Shown: positions 46,720-56,301 of the stretch, one piece after another
Position numbering within the stretch: the first letter of the stretch is position 1
How the letters are laid out: each line of letters starts with the position of its first letter
Assembly (NCBI GenBank): GCA_030527115.1
Contig: JAUNBM010000002.1
Location: forward strand, 4,285-68,284
Length of the DNA: 64,000 nucleotides
Direction: 5' to 3'
Origin: Clostridia bacterium
GTDB taxonomy: Bacteria; Bacillota; Clostridia; Christensenellales; CAG-138
Translations under genes and position numbers: made by a program
Notes under the pieces: model-generated
The model's input: only the letters and a program-made list of their open reading frames with translations
Databases searched by the model: none
What the model was told of the DNA's origin: nothing

Positions 46720-48894
46720 ATGGACGAACTGACTCGAAAATTTATCGAGTGCTACGGGCAGGAGCAGGCGCAGTTGGCTGAGCGGGCGATTGCGTTTGCT
46801 TCCGATGCACACAAGGATCAAAAGCGCGAGTCGGGCGAGCCCTATATAATCCATCCGAAGGCGGTGGCGGCAACCCTTATGAACATGGGGATGGACTCGG
46901 CGACGGTCTTAGCGGGACTGCTTCACGATGTGGTGGAGGACGGCAAGAACGTCACGGTGGAGGATATCGAGGCGGAGTTCGGAGCGGACATAGCTTTTTT
47001 GGTCGACGGGGTGACTAAGCTGACAAAATCGGGCAAGCAGACCTATATCACCAAGAAGCAGGAGCAGACCGAGAATCTGAGAAAGCTCTTTTTAGCGATA
47101 GCCGAGGACGTTCGGGTGGTTATAATCAAGCTTGCGGACAGACTTCACAACATGAGAACGCTCGAATACTGCAATACCGTCAAGCAACAGCGCAAGGCTA
47201 AGGAGACGCTCGACGTATACGCTCCGCTTGCGCACCGCTTTGGAATGGGCGCCATAAAGAGCGAGCTGGAGGATCTTGCGTTTCAATATCTGATGCCTGA
47301 GGAATATGAAAACACGCGAATGCTCGTGTCGCGCCAGCAGACCGAGAGGATGGCTCTGCTTGAAACGGCGATGGATACGATGAAAAGCATTCTTGCGAAC
47401 GAGGGCATCGAGGCGAGCGTTTCGGGCAGGCCCAAGCATCTGCTGAGCGTTTATCGCAAGATGGCGCGGCAGAACACCGGAATCAACGAGATATACGATT
47501 TGATAGCGATTCGCGTCATAGTGAATTCGGTCAACGATTGCTATGCGGCGCTGGGAATAATCCACGCGACCTGGAAGCCGTTGCCCGGCAGGTTTAAGGA
47601 TTATATCGCGATGCCCAAGCCCAATATGTACCGCTCGTTGCACACCACGCTTTTGAACTCTTCGGGGATTCCTTTCGAGGTTCAGATTCGGACGATGGAG
47701 ATGCACCGCACCGCCGAATATGGAATTGCCGCGCATTGGATGTACAAGGAGGGCAGGTTACAGCAAAACTTCCTCGACAAAAAGACCAACTGGCTCAGGC
47801 AGGTTCTTGAGGCGAAGGAGACGACCGAGGACAGCAAGGAATTCGTAGATAACATTTTAAAGGACTTTTTGGGCGAGTATGTATTCGTACTTACGCCCAA
47901 GGGCGAGATTATAGATTTGCCGAGAGGCTCCACGCCCCTGGATTTTGCCTATCGCATACACACGAATATCGGCCATCATTGCCAGCACGCAAGGGTGAAC
48001 GGCTCTATGGCGCGGCTCGACTATAAGCTCCAGACTAACGACGTTGTGGAGATAATCACCTCCAACGCTCAGGTTGGGCCGAGCCGCGACTGGATGAACA
48101 TCGTTAAAACGCAGTCCGCGAAGAACAAGATACGCCAATGGTTCAAGCGCGCCAACCGCGACGAGAACATTCAAAAGGGCAAGGAGATGCTTGAGGAGGC
48201 GGCAAAGCGTCACGGCCAGTCGTTGCAGGAGCTTTCCAAGCCGGAATATTGGAACGAGGTTTTAAAGCGGCATAACTTTCTTTCGATGGAGGATATGTAT
48301 TCCGCCATCGGCTACGGCGGGGTATCGTCGGGGCAGGTCTTGCATAAGCTCATGGATATGCACCGCAAGGAGCAGAAGCTCGAACAGATGCAGGCGCGGC
48401 TTGCCGAAGGCGATTTAAGGGAGGGCAAGCCCACCCGGCACAGTCCCAGCCCCAATACGATAATCGTTCACGGCGATTCGGGAATGGCCGTCCGTTTCGG
48501 CAACTGTTGCAACCCTCTCCCCGGCGACCCGATAGTGGGCTATATTACCCGCGGCAGGGGTGTTTCGGTACACAGGGCGGACTGCGCCAATATCCGGAAC
48601 CTAAGCTCGGACGAGGACAGGATGATAGCCGTGGAGTGGTCGAACCAGAAGTCCAGCTTCTCGGTTTCGCTGAGGCTGAAGCTCATAGATCAGACCGGAG
48701 CGCTTTTCGAGGTCTCCAAGGTTCTGACCGCGCTGAACATCAATATCACCGACATGAGTTCCAAGGCCACGGGCGAGGGCTATGCGGTGATCGACATGAC
48801 CTTCATGATTGAGGACGCAGACAGGCTCAAGGCGGTAGTTGCGAATTTAAAGAAGCTCAAGGCGGTCGAGTCGGTATTCAGGATAAGCAGGTGA
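46720..48894 (+). CDS. relA: Bifunctional (p)ppGpp synthetase/hydrolase (long RSH)
   Basis: HD domain (HPKAVA...LHDVVED), synthetase domain (YRSLHTT, EVQIRT), TGS and ACT regions. 724 aa. Confidence 0.95.
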   Translation: MDELTRKFIECYGQEQAQLAERAIAFASDAHKDQKRESGEPYIIHPKAVAATLMNMGMDSATVLAGLLHDVVEDGKNVTVEDIEAEFGADIAFLVDGVTKLTKSGKQTYITKKQEQTENLRKLFLAIAEDVRVVIIKLADRLHNMRTLEYCNTVKQQRKAKETLDVYAPLAHRFGMGAIKSELEDLAFQYLMPEEYENTRMLVSRQQTERMALLETAMDTMKSILANEGIEASVSGRPKHLLSVYRKMARQNTGINEIYDLIAIRVIVNSVNDCYAALGIIHATWKPLPGRFKDYIAMPKPNMYRSLHTTLLNSSGIPFEVQIRTMEMHRTAEYGIAAHWMYKEGRLQQNFLDKKTNWLRQVLEAKETTEDSKEFVDNILKDFLGEYVFVLTPKGEIIDLPRGSTPLDFAYRIHTNIGHHCQHARVNGSMARLDYKLQTNDVVEIITSNAQVGPSRDWMNIVKTQSAKNKIRQWFKRANRDENIQKGKEMLEEAAKRHGQSLQELSKPEYWNEVLKRHNFLSMEDMYSAIGYGGVSSGQVLHKLMDMHRKEQKLEQMQARLAEGDLREGKPTRHSPSPNTIIVHGDSGMAVRFGNCCNPLPGDPIVGYITRGRGVSVHRADCANIRNLSSDEDRMIAVEWSNQKSSFSVSLRLKLIDQTGALFEVSKVLTALNINITDMSSKATGEGYAVIDMTFMIEDADRLKAVVANLKKLKAVESVFRISR

Positions 48895-48901
48895 CGGAAG
48901 G

Positions 48902-49348
48902 TTGAGAGCGGTAGTTCAGAGGGTGACAAAGGCAAAGGTTTTAATAAACGGCAGCGCCGAGGCGGGCATAGATAAGGGGCTGATGGTGTTGCTCGGCATT
49001 GCAACCGGGGATTCCGAGGAGGACGTCAAGTATATAGCGGACAAGCTTTTGGGGCTTAGAATCTTTGATGATGCGAACGGCGTTCCGAATCTGGACGTGC
49101 GGGACGTTAAGGGGGCAATCCTGCTGGTTTCGCAGTTTACGCTGTTGGGCGACGCGAGAAAGGGGAGACGGCCCAGCTATATTGGAGCCGCCCGCCCGGA
49201 AACGGCTGTTCCGCTCTATGAGTCGATGATTTTGCGATTGAAGGACGAAGTTCCCCTCGAATGCGGCGTATTTGGAGCGGATATGCAGGTAACGCTAACC
49301 AACGACGGCCCGTTTACTATCCTGCTGGACAGCGGAAAGGAGTTTTGA
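48902..49348 (+). CDS. dtd: D-aminoacyl-tRNA deacylase
   Basis: MRAVVQRV..., SQFTLLGD and NDGPFT motifs. TTG start after GGAAGG. Confidence 0.9.
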   Translation: MRAVVQRVTKAKVLINGSAEAGIDKGLMVLLGIATGDSEEDVKYIADKLLGLRIFDDANGVPNLDVRDVKGAILLVSQFTLLGDARKGRRPSYIGAARPETAVPLYESMILRLKDEVPLECGVFGADMQVTLTNDGPFTILLDSGKEF

Positions 49349-49980
49349 TGGAAATAAATACGGTCACCTGCGGCGCGCTTGCGACGAACACCTATATCGT
49401 ATACCGGGAGGGTTCCAAAACCTGCGCGGTTATAGACCCTGCCGACGGGGAGCGGGTCTTGCAGGCGCTCAAGGAGTGCGGCAAGGACTGCACCCACATA
49501 CTTTTGACGCACGGGCATTTCGACCATATCTACGGAGTTCAAGCCGTTAAGGAGGCTACGGGCGCCGAGATATGTATTCATGAGCTGGATTCCAATGCGC
49601 TGACTAGCAGTCGCTCCAGCCTTGCGATTCTCGTGATGGAGATTCTACCCCCGCAAAAGGCCGATCGGCTGTTGAAGGACGGGGATATAATCCACACCGC
49701 CGGGCTGACCTTCCGGGTGGTGCATACGCCGGGGCATTCGGAGGGCAGCGTAATGTTCGTGTCGGACGAGGACAGGCTGGCATTCTGCGGGGACACGGTG
49801 TTCTTTGAGAGCGTCGGGCGCACGGATTTGCCGGGGAGCAGTACGCAGGCGCTGATTGATTCCTTTTTCAACAAGGTGCTTCCGCTGACTGGCTATCACC
49901 TCTATCCCGGACACGACGAGGAGACGAGCGTGGCGCACGAGGCGCAGTTCAACCCGCTGATCCGGTATTTGCGGAGGTAG
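49348..49980 (+). CDS. MBL-fold metallo-hydrolase
   Basis: The HxHxDH motif LLTHGHFDHI and a later HTPGHS. The ATG shares one nucleotide with the dtd stop (TGATG). Confidence 0.8.
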   Translation: MEINTVTCGALATNTYIVYREGSKTCAVIDPADGERVLQALKECGKDCTHILLTHGHFDHIYGVQAVKEATGAEICIHELDSNALTSSRSSLAILVMEILPPQKADRLLKDGDIIHTAGLTFRVVHTPGHSEGSVMFVSDEDRLAFCGDTVFFESVGRTDLPGSSTQALIDSFFNKVLPLTGYHLYPGHDEETSVAHEAQFNPLIRYLRR

Positions 49981-49982
49981 CT

Positions 49983-51425
49983 TTGATAAGGCTTATCACA
50001 AACACGCCGCAATATTTTAACGACATAGCCGAGGAAATCCGGCTTTTTTTAGGTATGGCTGAGATCGGCGGAGCGGAGGTCGAGGGCGCGGATACCGAGC
50101 TGAGGATAGAGCTTTTAGCCGACCGTGCGGAGGGGAGCTTGCTTCCGGGCGGGCTGAAATGCTCCGTACCGTTCACCTATGACGACGGGGACGCGATGGA
50201 CAAAAAGCGACAGCAGAAGCGGGCGGTCAAGCTTATAGCATACCGGCTGATGAAGGAACGGTTTGTTGCGAATACGCCCTGGGGCGCGTTGACGGGCATC
50301 CGCCCGACAAAACTGCTCCGCGAGCTGAGCCAAAAATACGGGGAGACGGAGGCTTTGCGGCAGTTTTCGGAGGTGTTTTCCGTAAGCGGGGAAAAGAGCG
50401 GGCTTGCGAGGACGATATGCGCGGTGCAAAAGCCCTTTATCGAGTCCGCGGGGGAGAGGGCGTTGGATGTGTATATAGGGATCCCCTATTGCCGTTCGCG
50501 ATGCCTGTATTGCTCCTTCGGAAGCGCGGTGGCAAGGACTGCCCATGAGCTTTCGGACTATCTCGCCTATCTGAAACGGGATATTCACGAGGGCGCAAAG
50601 CTTATGAAGCAGGGCGGCTATGAGCTAAGGTCGATATATGTTGGAGGCGGCACGCCCACGGTTTTTTCGGCGGATCAGCTTAGTGAACTGCTAACCTGCG
50701 CCTTGAACAGCTATGGAGGCTTTGGCGAGGAGCTAACGGTGGAAGCGGGCAGGCCGGATACGATAACGGCGGAGAAGCTCAGGGCGATGCGGGAGCTGGG
50801 GGTTTCAAGGGTTTCGGTCAACCCTCAGACCATGCAGGACAGGACGCTCGGCGTCGTCGGAAGAACGCATACGTCGCAGGAGACGGCCGATTGCTTCCAA
50901 CTGGTGCGCTCGTTTGGATTTTACAGCATCAATATGGACGTAATCGCGGGCTTGCCCGGCGAGGGCACGGCGGAGTTTGAGGATACGATGAACAGGATAG
51001 CGGAGCTTCGGCCGGACAATCTCACGGTTCATACCCTTGCGATAAAGCGCTCCAGCCGGCTGAAGGAGACCCTGCCCGATTATGCCTTGCCGGAGGCGGA
51101 AGTCGTCGAGAGCATGACGAAGCTGGGAGCAGAGACGGCGAAGGCGCTCTCGATGCGACCGTACTATATGTACAGGCAAAAGTATATGCAGGGCAATCTC
51201 GAAAACGTAGGCTATGCGGTTGCGGGCAAGGAATGCCTGTACAATATAGATATGATGGAGGAGACGGCGAGTATCATGGCGCACGGGGCGGGGGCGATGA
51301 GCAAGCGGGTATTCGGGGCTCAGAATCGCGTTGAGCGGCTGAGAAACCCCAAGGATATCCAAACTTATTTTGAAAAACAGGAGCGGCTGTTCGAGCAGAA
51401 AAAAGAATTGTTCCTTTCGGATTGA
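49983..51425 (+). CDS. HemN/HemZ-like radical SAM protein (coproporphyrinogen dehydrogenase family)
   Basis: GIPYCRSRCLYCSF (CX3CX2C), GGGTPT, and the HemN-type C-terminal domain. TTG start after GGAGG. Confidence 0.8.
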   Translation: MIRLITNTPQYFNDIAEEIRLFLGMAEIGGAEVEGADTELRIELLADRAEGSLLPGGLKCSVPFTYDDGDAMDKKRQQKRAVKLIAYRLMKERFVANTPWGALTGIRPTKLLRELSQKYGETEALRQFSEVFSVSGEKSGLARTICAVQKPFIESAGERALDVYIGIPYCRSRCLYCSFGSAVARTAHELSDYLAYLKRDIHEGAKLMKQGGYELRSIYVGGGTPTVFSADQLSELLTCALNSYGGFGEELTVEAGRPDTITAEKLRAMRELGVSRVSVNPQTMQDRTLGVVGRTHTSQETADCFQLVRSFGFYSINMDVIAGLPGEGTAEFEDTMNRIAELRPDNLTVHTLAIKRSSRLKETLPDYALPEAEVVESMTKLGAETAKALSMRPYYMYRQKYMQGNLENVGYAVAGKECLYNIDMMEETASIMAHGAGAMSKRVFGAQNRVERLRNPKDIQTYFEKQERLFEQKKELFLSD

Positions 51426-51449
51426 CAGGCGGAATAAATGTGATATAAT
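51422..51449 (+). promoter_or_regulatory. Promoter of the hisS-aspS leader (TTGACA-16-TGaTATAAT, extended -10)
   Basis: Consensus hexamers read directly from the sequence. The -35 overlaps the stop of the upstream gene. Confidence 0.6.
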
Positions 51450-51455
51450 GCAGCA

Positions 51456-51673
51456 AAGGCGATGAACGGAGGAGTAGGTTTTCAATCCCCGCAAAGAGAG
51501 CGTGGCCGAGGCTGTAAGCCGCGACGGGGACAAGACCGAAGGACGACCGCGAGCCGTATGTCAAAAAAAGGCATACCGTATCAGGCGTTAACGATAATGA
51601 GTGAGGCTTAGGCCTAATCAGGGTGGCACCGCGGATTTTCCGTCCTTGAATGGATTGAAAGTCCGTATTTTTT
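51456..51673 (+). promoter_or_regulatory. T-box riboswitch leader controlling hisS-aspS
   Basis: Present are the AG box (AAAGAGAG, 51493-51500), an F-box-like CGTTA, the T-box sequence AATCAGGGTGGCACCGCGG (51616-51634), and a terminator CGGATTTTC/GAAAGTCCG (51632-51665) followed by a T-run. The T-box 3' end overlaps the terminator 5' arm, as expected for an antiterminator switch. Confidence 0.8.
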
Positions 51674-51688
51674 AAAACAGGAGGAGCT

Positions 51689-52942
51689 ATGGCTATCTAT
51701 CACGCCCCAAAGGGGACAAAGGACGTATTGCCGCAGGAGAGCTACCGCTGGCAGTATATTGAGAATATCATACGGGGGATAGTTCAAAAGTACGGACTTT
51801 TGGAGGCGAGAACGCCCGTAATCGAGCATACCGAGCTGTTCCTTCGCGGGGTTGGCCAGACCACCGACGTGGTGCAAAAGGAGATGTACACCTTTTTGGA
51901 CAAGGGCGGCCGCAGTATAACGCTGAAGCCCGAGGGAACGGCGGGCGCGGTCAGAATGTTCATCGAAAACGGTCTGTTTTCCGAGCCTCAGCCGACCAAG
52001 CTGTTCTATCTGTATTGTCCGGTGTTTCGCTATGAGCGGCCTCAGGCGGGGAGGCTCAGGGAGCATCACCAGTTCGGAGTTGAGATCTTCGGAGCCAAGG
52101 ATGCGAGCGCGGATGCGGAGACGATAGCGATAGCCGCGGAGCTGTTCGACACGATCGGCATAGAGGATCTTAGGGTGAGGCTGAACAGCATCGGCTGTCC
52201 CAAGTGCAGAGGGGAGTATCAGAAGGCGCTAAAGGACTATTATTCCGAGCATCTGAAGGAGCTTTGCCCGACCTGTCTGGAGCGCTTTGAAAAGAATCCG
52301 CTCAGGCTTTTGGACTGCAAGGAGGCGCGTTGCCAAGAGATTGCGAAGAACGCCCCGCACACGATGGACTTCATATGCGAGGAATGCCGGGAGCATATGG
52401 AAAAGCTCGAAGGCTATCTGGAGCTTATGCATATAGATTATGAGCTTGACCCGATGCTGGTGCGCGGACTGGACTACTATACCAAGACCGTGTTCGAGAT
52501 AGTTACCGATATGCCCGGGGTGCAGGGAACGCTGTGCGGAGGCGGCAGATACGACGGGCTTATCAAGGAGCTGGGCGGGCCGGATATGCCCGCAGTTGGG
52601 TTCGGGCTCGGCATGGAGCGCCTCCTGCTGATGATGGAGGAGAGCGAACAGCCGCCGCGCTATGAAATCTTTTTGATCTCGATGGACGAGGAGAGCAAAA
52701 AAGCGGCGTTTGAGCTGTGCTTCCGGCTTCGCAACAGGGGAGTGAAAGCCGAATGCGACCATATGGGCAGGAGCCTCAAAGCGCAGATGAAATATGCGTC
52801 CAAGATGGAAACGGAGTATTGCATCGTCATAGGCAAAAATGAGATTGAGAGCGGCAGGGCGATGCTGAAATATATGCTGGCGATGAACGAGGACGAGCCG
52901 ATTGAGCTTAATCCCGACGCCATAATTGAAAGGATAAGATGA
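51689..52942 (+). CDS. hisS: Histidine--tRNA ligase
   Basis: APKGTKDVLP, the class II motifs, and CGGGRYD. Confidence 0.95.
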   Translation: MAIYHAPKGTKDVLPQESYRWQYIENIIRGIVQKYGLLEARTPVIEHTELFLRGVGQTTDVVQKEMYTFLDKGGRSITLKPEGTAGAVRMFIENGLFSEPQPTKLFYLYCPVFRYERPQAGRLREHHQFGVEIFGAKDASADAETIAIAAELFDTIGIEDLRVRLNSIGCPKCRGEYQKALKDYYSEHLKELCPTCLERFEKNPLRLLDCKEARCQEIAKNAPHTMDFICEECREHMEKLEGYLELMHIDYELDPMLVRGLDYYTKTVFEIVTDMPGVQGTLCGGGRYDGLIKELGGPDMPAVGFGLGMERLLLMMEESEQPPRYEIFLISMDEESKKAAFELCFRLRNRGVKAECDHMGRSLKAQMKYASKMETEYCIVIGKNEIESGRAMLKYMLAMNEDEPIELNPDAIIERIR

Positions 52943-54735
52943 TGAGCGAATTATTGAGCGGTTGGAAGCGAAGCTGTTATTGCACCGAGCTTAGCAAACA
53001 GGACGTCGGCAGGGAGGTTACGCTGATGGGCTGGACGAATGTGCGCAGGGATTTGGGCGCGCTGATATTCGTACAGCTTCGGGACAGGAGCGGACTCATG
53101 CAGATAGTGTTCGATTCCTCGGTTTTGAGCGCGGAGGACTATGCGCGGGCGGGTACGATACGCTCCGAATTCGTGCTTGCGGTGAAGGGCAGGCTGATGG
53201 AGAGAACCGGAAACATGATCAACCCGAATATGCAGACGGGCGAGGTCGAAGTGCTGGTTTCGGAGTTTAAAATCCTGTCCAAGAGCGAAACCCCGCCGAT
53301 CGAGGTGGACGACGATTGCAAGGCAAACGAGCTACTCAGGCTGAAATACCGGTATCTCGACCTCCGCCGCCCGTGTATGCAGAGAAACATGATGATGCGC
53401 CACAGAATAGCGCATATCGCGCGCACCTTCTTCGACGAGCAGGGCTTTTATGAGATAGAGACCCCGATATTGACCGGAAGCACGCCTGAGGGGGCAAGGG
53501 ACTACCTTGTGCCGAGCCGGGTGCATCCGGGCGGCTTCTATGCGCTTCCGCAGAGCCCCCAGCTCTTTAAGCAGATGCTGATGGTTTCGGGCTATGACAA
53601 GTATATGCAGATCGCCAGATGCTTCCGAGACGAGGATTTGAGGGCGGATCGCCAGCCGGATTTCACGCAGATCGACATGGAGCTTTCGTTCGTGGAGGCG
53701 GAAGATGTGATGGAGGTCAACGAGGGCTTTTTGAAGCGGGTGTTCAAGGAGACCTTGAACGTCGATATCGAGCTTCCGCTCCCCCGCATCACCTGGATTG
53801 ACGCAATGAACCGTTTCGGCTCCGACAAGCCCGACACAAGATTCGGCATGGAGCTTTGCGACTTGAGCGCGGCGGTAGCAAACAGCGAGTTTTCGGTGTT
53901 CAGAACCGCCATAGAACGGGGCGGGAGCGTGCGCTGTATAAATGCCAAGGGGGCAAGCTCGCTGTTCTCGCGCAAGGAGATAGACGCGCTTGCCGAGTGG
54001 ATTAAAACCTATCGCGCCAAGGGGCTGGCATGGATGAACTTCAAGCCCGAGGGGCTGAATTCCCCGATTGCGAAATTCCTCAAGGAAGGCGAGATCGAGC
54101 GCATACGGGAGCTTGCGCAGGTGGAAACGGGCGACCTTTTGTTCATTGTTGCCGACGTCAACGACGTCGTTTGGGCTTCGCTCGGCAATCTGCGGCTGAA
54201 GCTGGCGGACAAGCTGGGCTTGATTCCCAAGGGCAAGTACAACCTGCTCTGGGTAACCGAGTTCCCGTTGCTGGAGTGGAGCGAGGAGGATCAGCGGTTC
54301 GCCGCAAAGCACCATCCGTTTACGATGCCCATGGACGAGGATTTGGACAAGCTCGACCTCGATCCCGGCGCGGTTCGGGCGAAGGCATACGATATCGTGT
54401 TGAACGGCGTTGAAATCGGAGGCGGCTCCATCCGTATCCATTCGTCGGAGCTTCAGGAGAGGATGTTCTCCGTGCTTGGGTTTACAAAGGAGCAGGCATG
54501 GAAGCGCTTCGGCTTCCTGCTTGAGGCGTTCAAATACGGAACACCCCCGCACGGCGGCCTCGCCTATGGTTTGGACAGGCTCGCCATGCTGATATGCGGA
54601 GCGAGCAGTATCCGCGACGTGATAGCCTTCCCGAAGGTGCAAAACGCCTCCTGCCCGCTGACGAACGCGCCCTATGCGGTTGAGAAGAAACAGCTCGACG
54701 AACTGCATATACGCTGCATAGAGGAGACAGACTAA
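52939..54735 (+). CDS. aspS: Aspartate--tRNA ligase
   Basis: N-terminal OB domain, FRDEDLRADRQPDFTQIDME, the GAD insertion domain, and GGGSIRIH. ATGA overlap with hisS. Confidence 0.95.
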   Translation: MMSELLSGWKRSCYCTELSKQDVGREVTLMGWTNVRRDLGALIFVQLRDRSGLMQIVFDSSVLSAEDYARAGTIRSEFVLAVKGRLMERTGNMINPNMQTGEVEVLVSEFKILSKSETPPIEVDDDCKANELLRLKYRYLDLRRPCMQRNMMMRHRIAHIARTFFDEQGFYEIETPILTGSTPEGARDYLVPSRVHPGGFYALPQSPQLFKQMLMVSGYDKYMQIARCFRDEDLRADRQPDFTQIDMELSFVEAEDVMEVNEGFLKRVFKETLNVDIELPLPRITWIDAMNRFGSDKPDTRFGMELCDLSAAVANSEFSVFRTAIERGGSVRCINAKGASSLFSRKEIDALAEWIKTYRAKGLAWMNFKPEGLNSPIAKFLKEGEIERIRELAQVETGDLLFIVADVNDVVWASLGNLRLKLADKLGLIPKGKYNLLWVTEFPLLEWSEEDQRFAAKHHPFTMPMDEDLDKLDLDPGAVRAKAYDIVLNGVEIGGGSIRIHSSELQERMFSVLGFTKEQAWKRFGFLLEAFKYGTPPHGGLAYGLDRLAMLICGASSIRDVIAFPKVQNASCPLTNAPYAVEKKQLDELHIRCIEETD

Positions 54736-55160
54736 TGCCGCAGGAGCTGAGGCATACAGGCACGGTTATAGGCGTGGCTGACGGAAAGGCCACCGTTCGA
54801 TTTCAAAGGACGAGCGCCTGCAAGCGTTGCGGAGCCTGCCTGACGGCGGGAGACAAGCATATGGAAACTGAAGCGGAGGACAGGCTCAACGTTAAGGTTG
54901 GCGACAGGGTTGAGGTGAGCTTGCGATCATCGTCGATGCTGATTGCGTCCACCCTCTGCTATGCCGTTCCGCTGGCGCTTCTGTTGATGGGAACCTATGT
55001 CGGCTCACTTTTTAGCGACGTGCTGGCGGTCTGCCTGGGCCTTGGAAGTTGCGCCCTTTCGTATCTGATATTGAGGCTGGTCGAAATAGGGCTCAAAAAC
55101 AGCCGCCGGTTCACCCCAATAATAAATAGTATTGTAACGGAGGAAAATGAAGATGAATGA
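54735..55160 (+). CDS. RseC/SoxR-reducing-system family small membrane protein
   Basis: GTVIGVADGKATVRFQRTSACKRCGACL followed by two TM segments, the typical RseC/MucC architecture. Confidence 0.7.
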   Translation: MPQELRHTGTVIGVADGKATVRFQRTSACKRCGACLTAGDKHMETEAEDRLNVKVGDRVEVSLRSSSMLIASTLCYAVPLALLLMGTYVGSLFSDVLAVCLGLGSCALSYLILRLVEIGLKNSRRFTPIINSIVTEENEDE

Positions 55161-55476
55161 CAACATGATTATCGGAACTCAGGAAAACTTTGATGCGATT
55201 ATCAACGGCGATATGCCCGCGCTGGTCGATTTCTGGGCGAGCTGGTGCGGCCCGTGCAGGATGCTGATGCCCATAGTCGAGCAGGTTGCCGACGAGTATG
55301 CGGGCAAGGCAAAGGTCGTCAAGGTCAACGTGGACGAGCAGGGCGAGCTTGCGGCGCGGTATCAGATCAATACGATACCCTGCCTCATCCTGTTTAAGGA
55401 TGGGGACATTATCGAGCGTTCGGTTGGCGCAAAGCCGAAGCATCTCGTAACGGCGATGCTTGACGGCGCGCTGTAA
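55147..55476 (+). CDS. trxA: Thioredoxin
   Basis: WASWCGPCRM active site. The ATG at 55153 has better SD spacing than the one at 55147. Confidence 0.9.
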   Translation: MKMNDNMIIGTQENFDAIINGDMPALVDFWASWCGPCRMLMPIVEQVADEYAGKAKVVKVNVDEQGELAARYQINTIPCLILFKDGDIIERSVGAKPKHLVTAMLDGAL

Positions 55477-55505
55477 GCCGGACTATCAAGGGAATAACAG
55501 CTTTA

Positions 55506-55548
55506 GGGTTGCCGCCGCGTTCAGCCGAACCGGTGGTTACCCTTTTTT
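55506..55548 (+). terminator. Intrinsic terminator after trxA
   Basis: An imperfect GC-rich hairpin GGGTTGCCGCCG...CGGTGGTTACCC followed by TTTTTT. Confidence 0.5.
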
Positions 55549-55570
55549 GGCTCTGATTCGTGCGCGCCGA

Positions 55571-55599
55571 TTGACTTAATAAGGGATCTGGGCTATACT
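55571..55599 (+). promoter_or_regulatory. Sigma-A-type promoter (TTGACT-17-TATACT)
   Basis: Near-consensus hexamers 28 nt upstream of the cyclodeaminase-family gene. Confidence 0.55.
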
Positions 55600-55626
55600 C
55601 AAAAAAACGGCCGATGGAGGTATTTG

Positions 55627-56262
55627 ATGGATAAGAAGCTTACCGATTTGACAGTAGCAGAATTTTTAAATCTGCTTCAAAGCAACGCTCCCGCTCCCGG
55701 CGGCGGCTCTGCGTCCGCGCTTGTGGGCGCTGTTGGCATGGGGCTTGGGATGATGACCGCAAACCTTACCTTGGGCAAGAAGAAATATGCCGACAGGGAG
55801 GAGCTGATGCTGAGCGCGATAGAGGCGGGCGCGCCATTCCTTGCGGGAATGACTGCAAGCATCGACAGGGATACCGAGGCGTTTAACGAGGTTATGGCGG
55901 CGTTTGCCCTGCCGAAGGCGACGGAGGAGGAGAAAGCGGCGCGCAAAGAGGCGATAGAGCTTGCGACGATGGCGGCGACCGGAGTTCCCTATGAGCTTAT
56001 GCAAAGTTGCGCTGAGGCGATGGAGCTTCTTGGCGGGCTTGAGGGGCAGATAAATCCCAACTGCGCCTCCGACCTTGGAGTAGCCGCCCTCTGCATAAAG
56101 ACCGCAGTTCAGGGCGCATGGCTGAACGTTCTCATCAACCTTGGCGGAATCTCGAACGAAAGCTTTCGCGACGAGCATATAGAGCGGGGAGAGACGCTGG
56201 TTCAGGCGGTTTGCCACAAGGCGGACGAGGTTTATCGGAAGGTGCTTGCAACCATTGCCTGA
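55627..56262 (+). CDS. Cyclodeaminase/cyclohydrolase family protein (FtcD C-terminal domain-like, methenyl-THF cyclohydrolase type)
   Basis: FLNLLQSNAPAPGGGSASALVGAVGMGLGMM is the family hallmark. All-helical, 211 aa. Confidence 0.8.
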   Translation: MDKKLTDLTVAEFLNLLQSNAPAPGGGSASALVGAVGMGLGMMTANLTLGKKKYADREELMLSAIEAGAPFLAGMTASIDRDTEAFNEVMAAFALPKATEEEKAARKEAIELATMAATGVPYELMQSCAEAMELLGGLEGQINPNCASDLGVAALCIKTAVQGAWLNVLINLGGISNESFRDEHIERGETLVQAVCHKADEVYRKVLATIA

Positions 56263-56301
56263 GATAAAAGGTGTTACAGGTGAAGGAAGGAGGGCTTGAA
56301 T

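Noticed and set aside
50805-52069. Minus-strand ORFs 50805-51533, 51274-51564 and 51614-52069 spanning the hemZ end, the T-box leader and the hisS start.
   Set aside because: They overlap well-supported plus-strand genes and a T-box riboswitch, and nothing supports them as coding.
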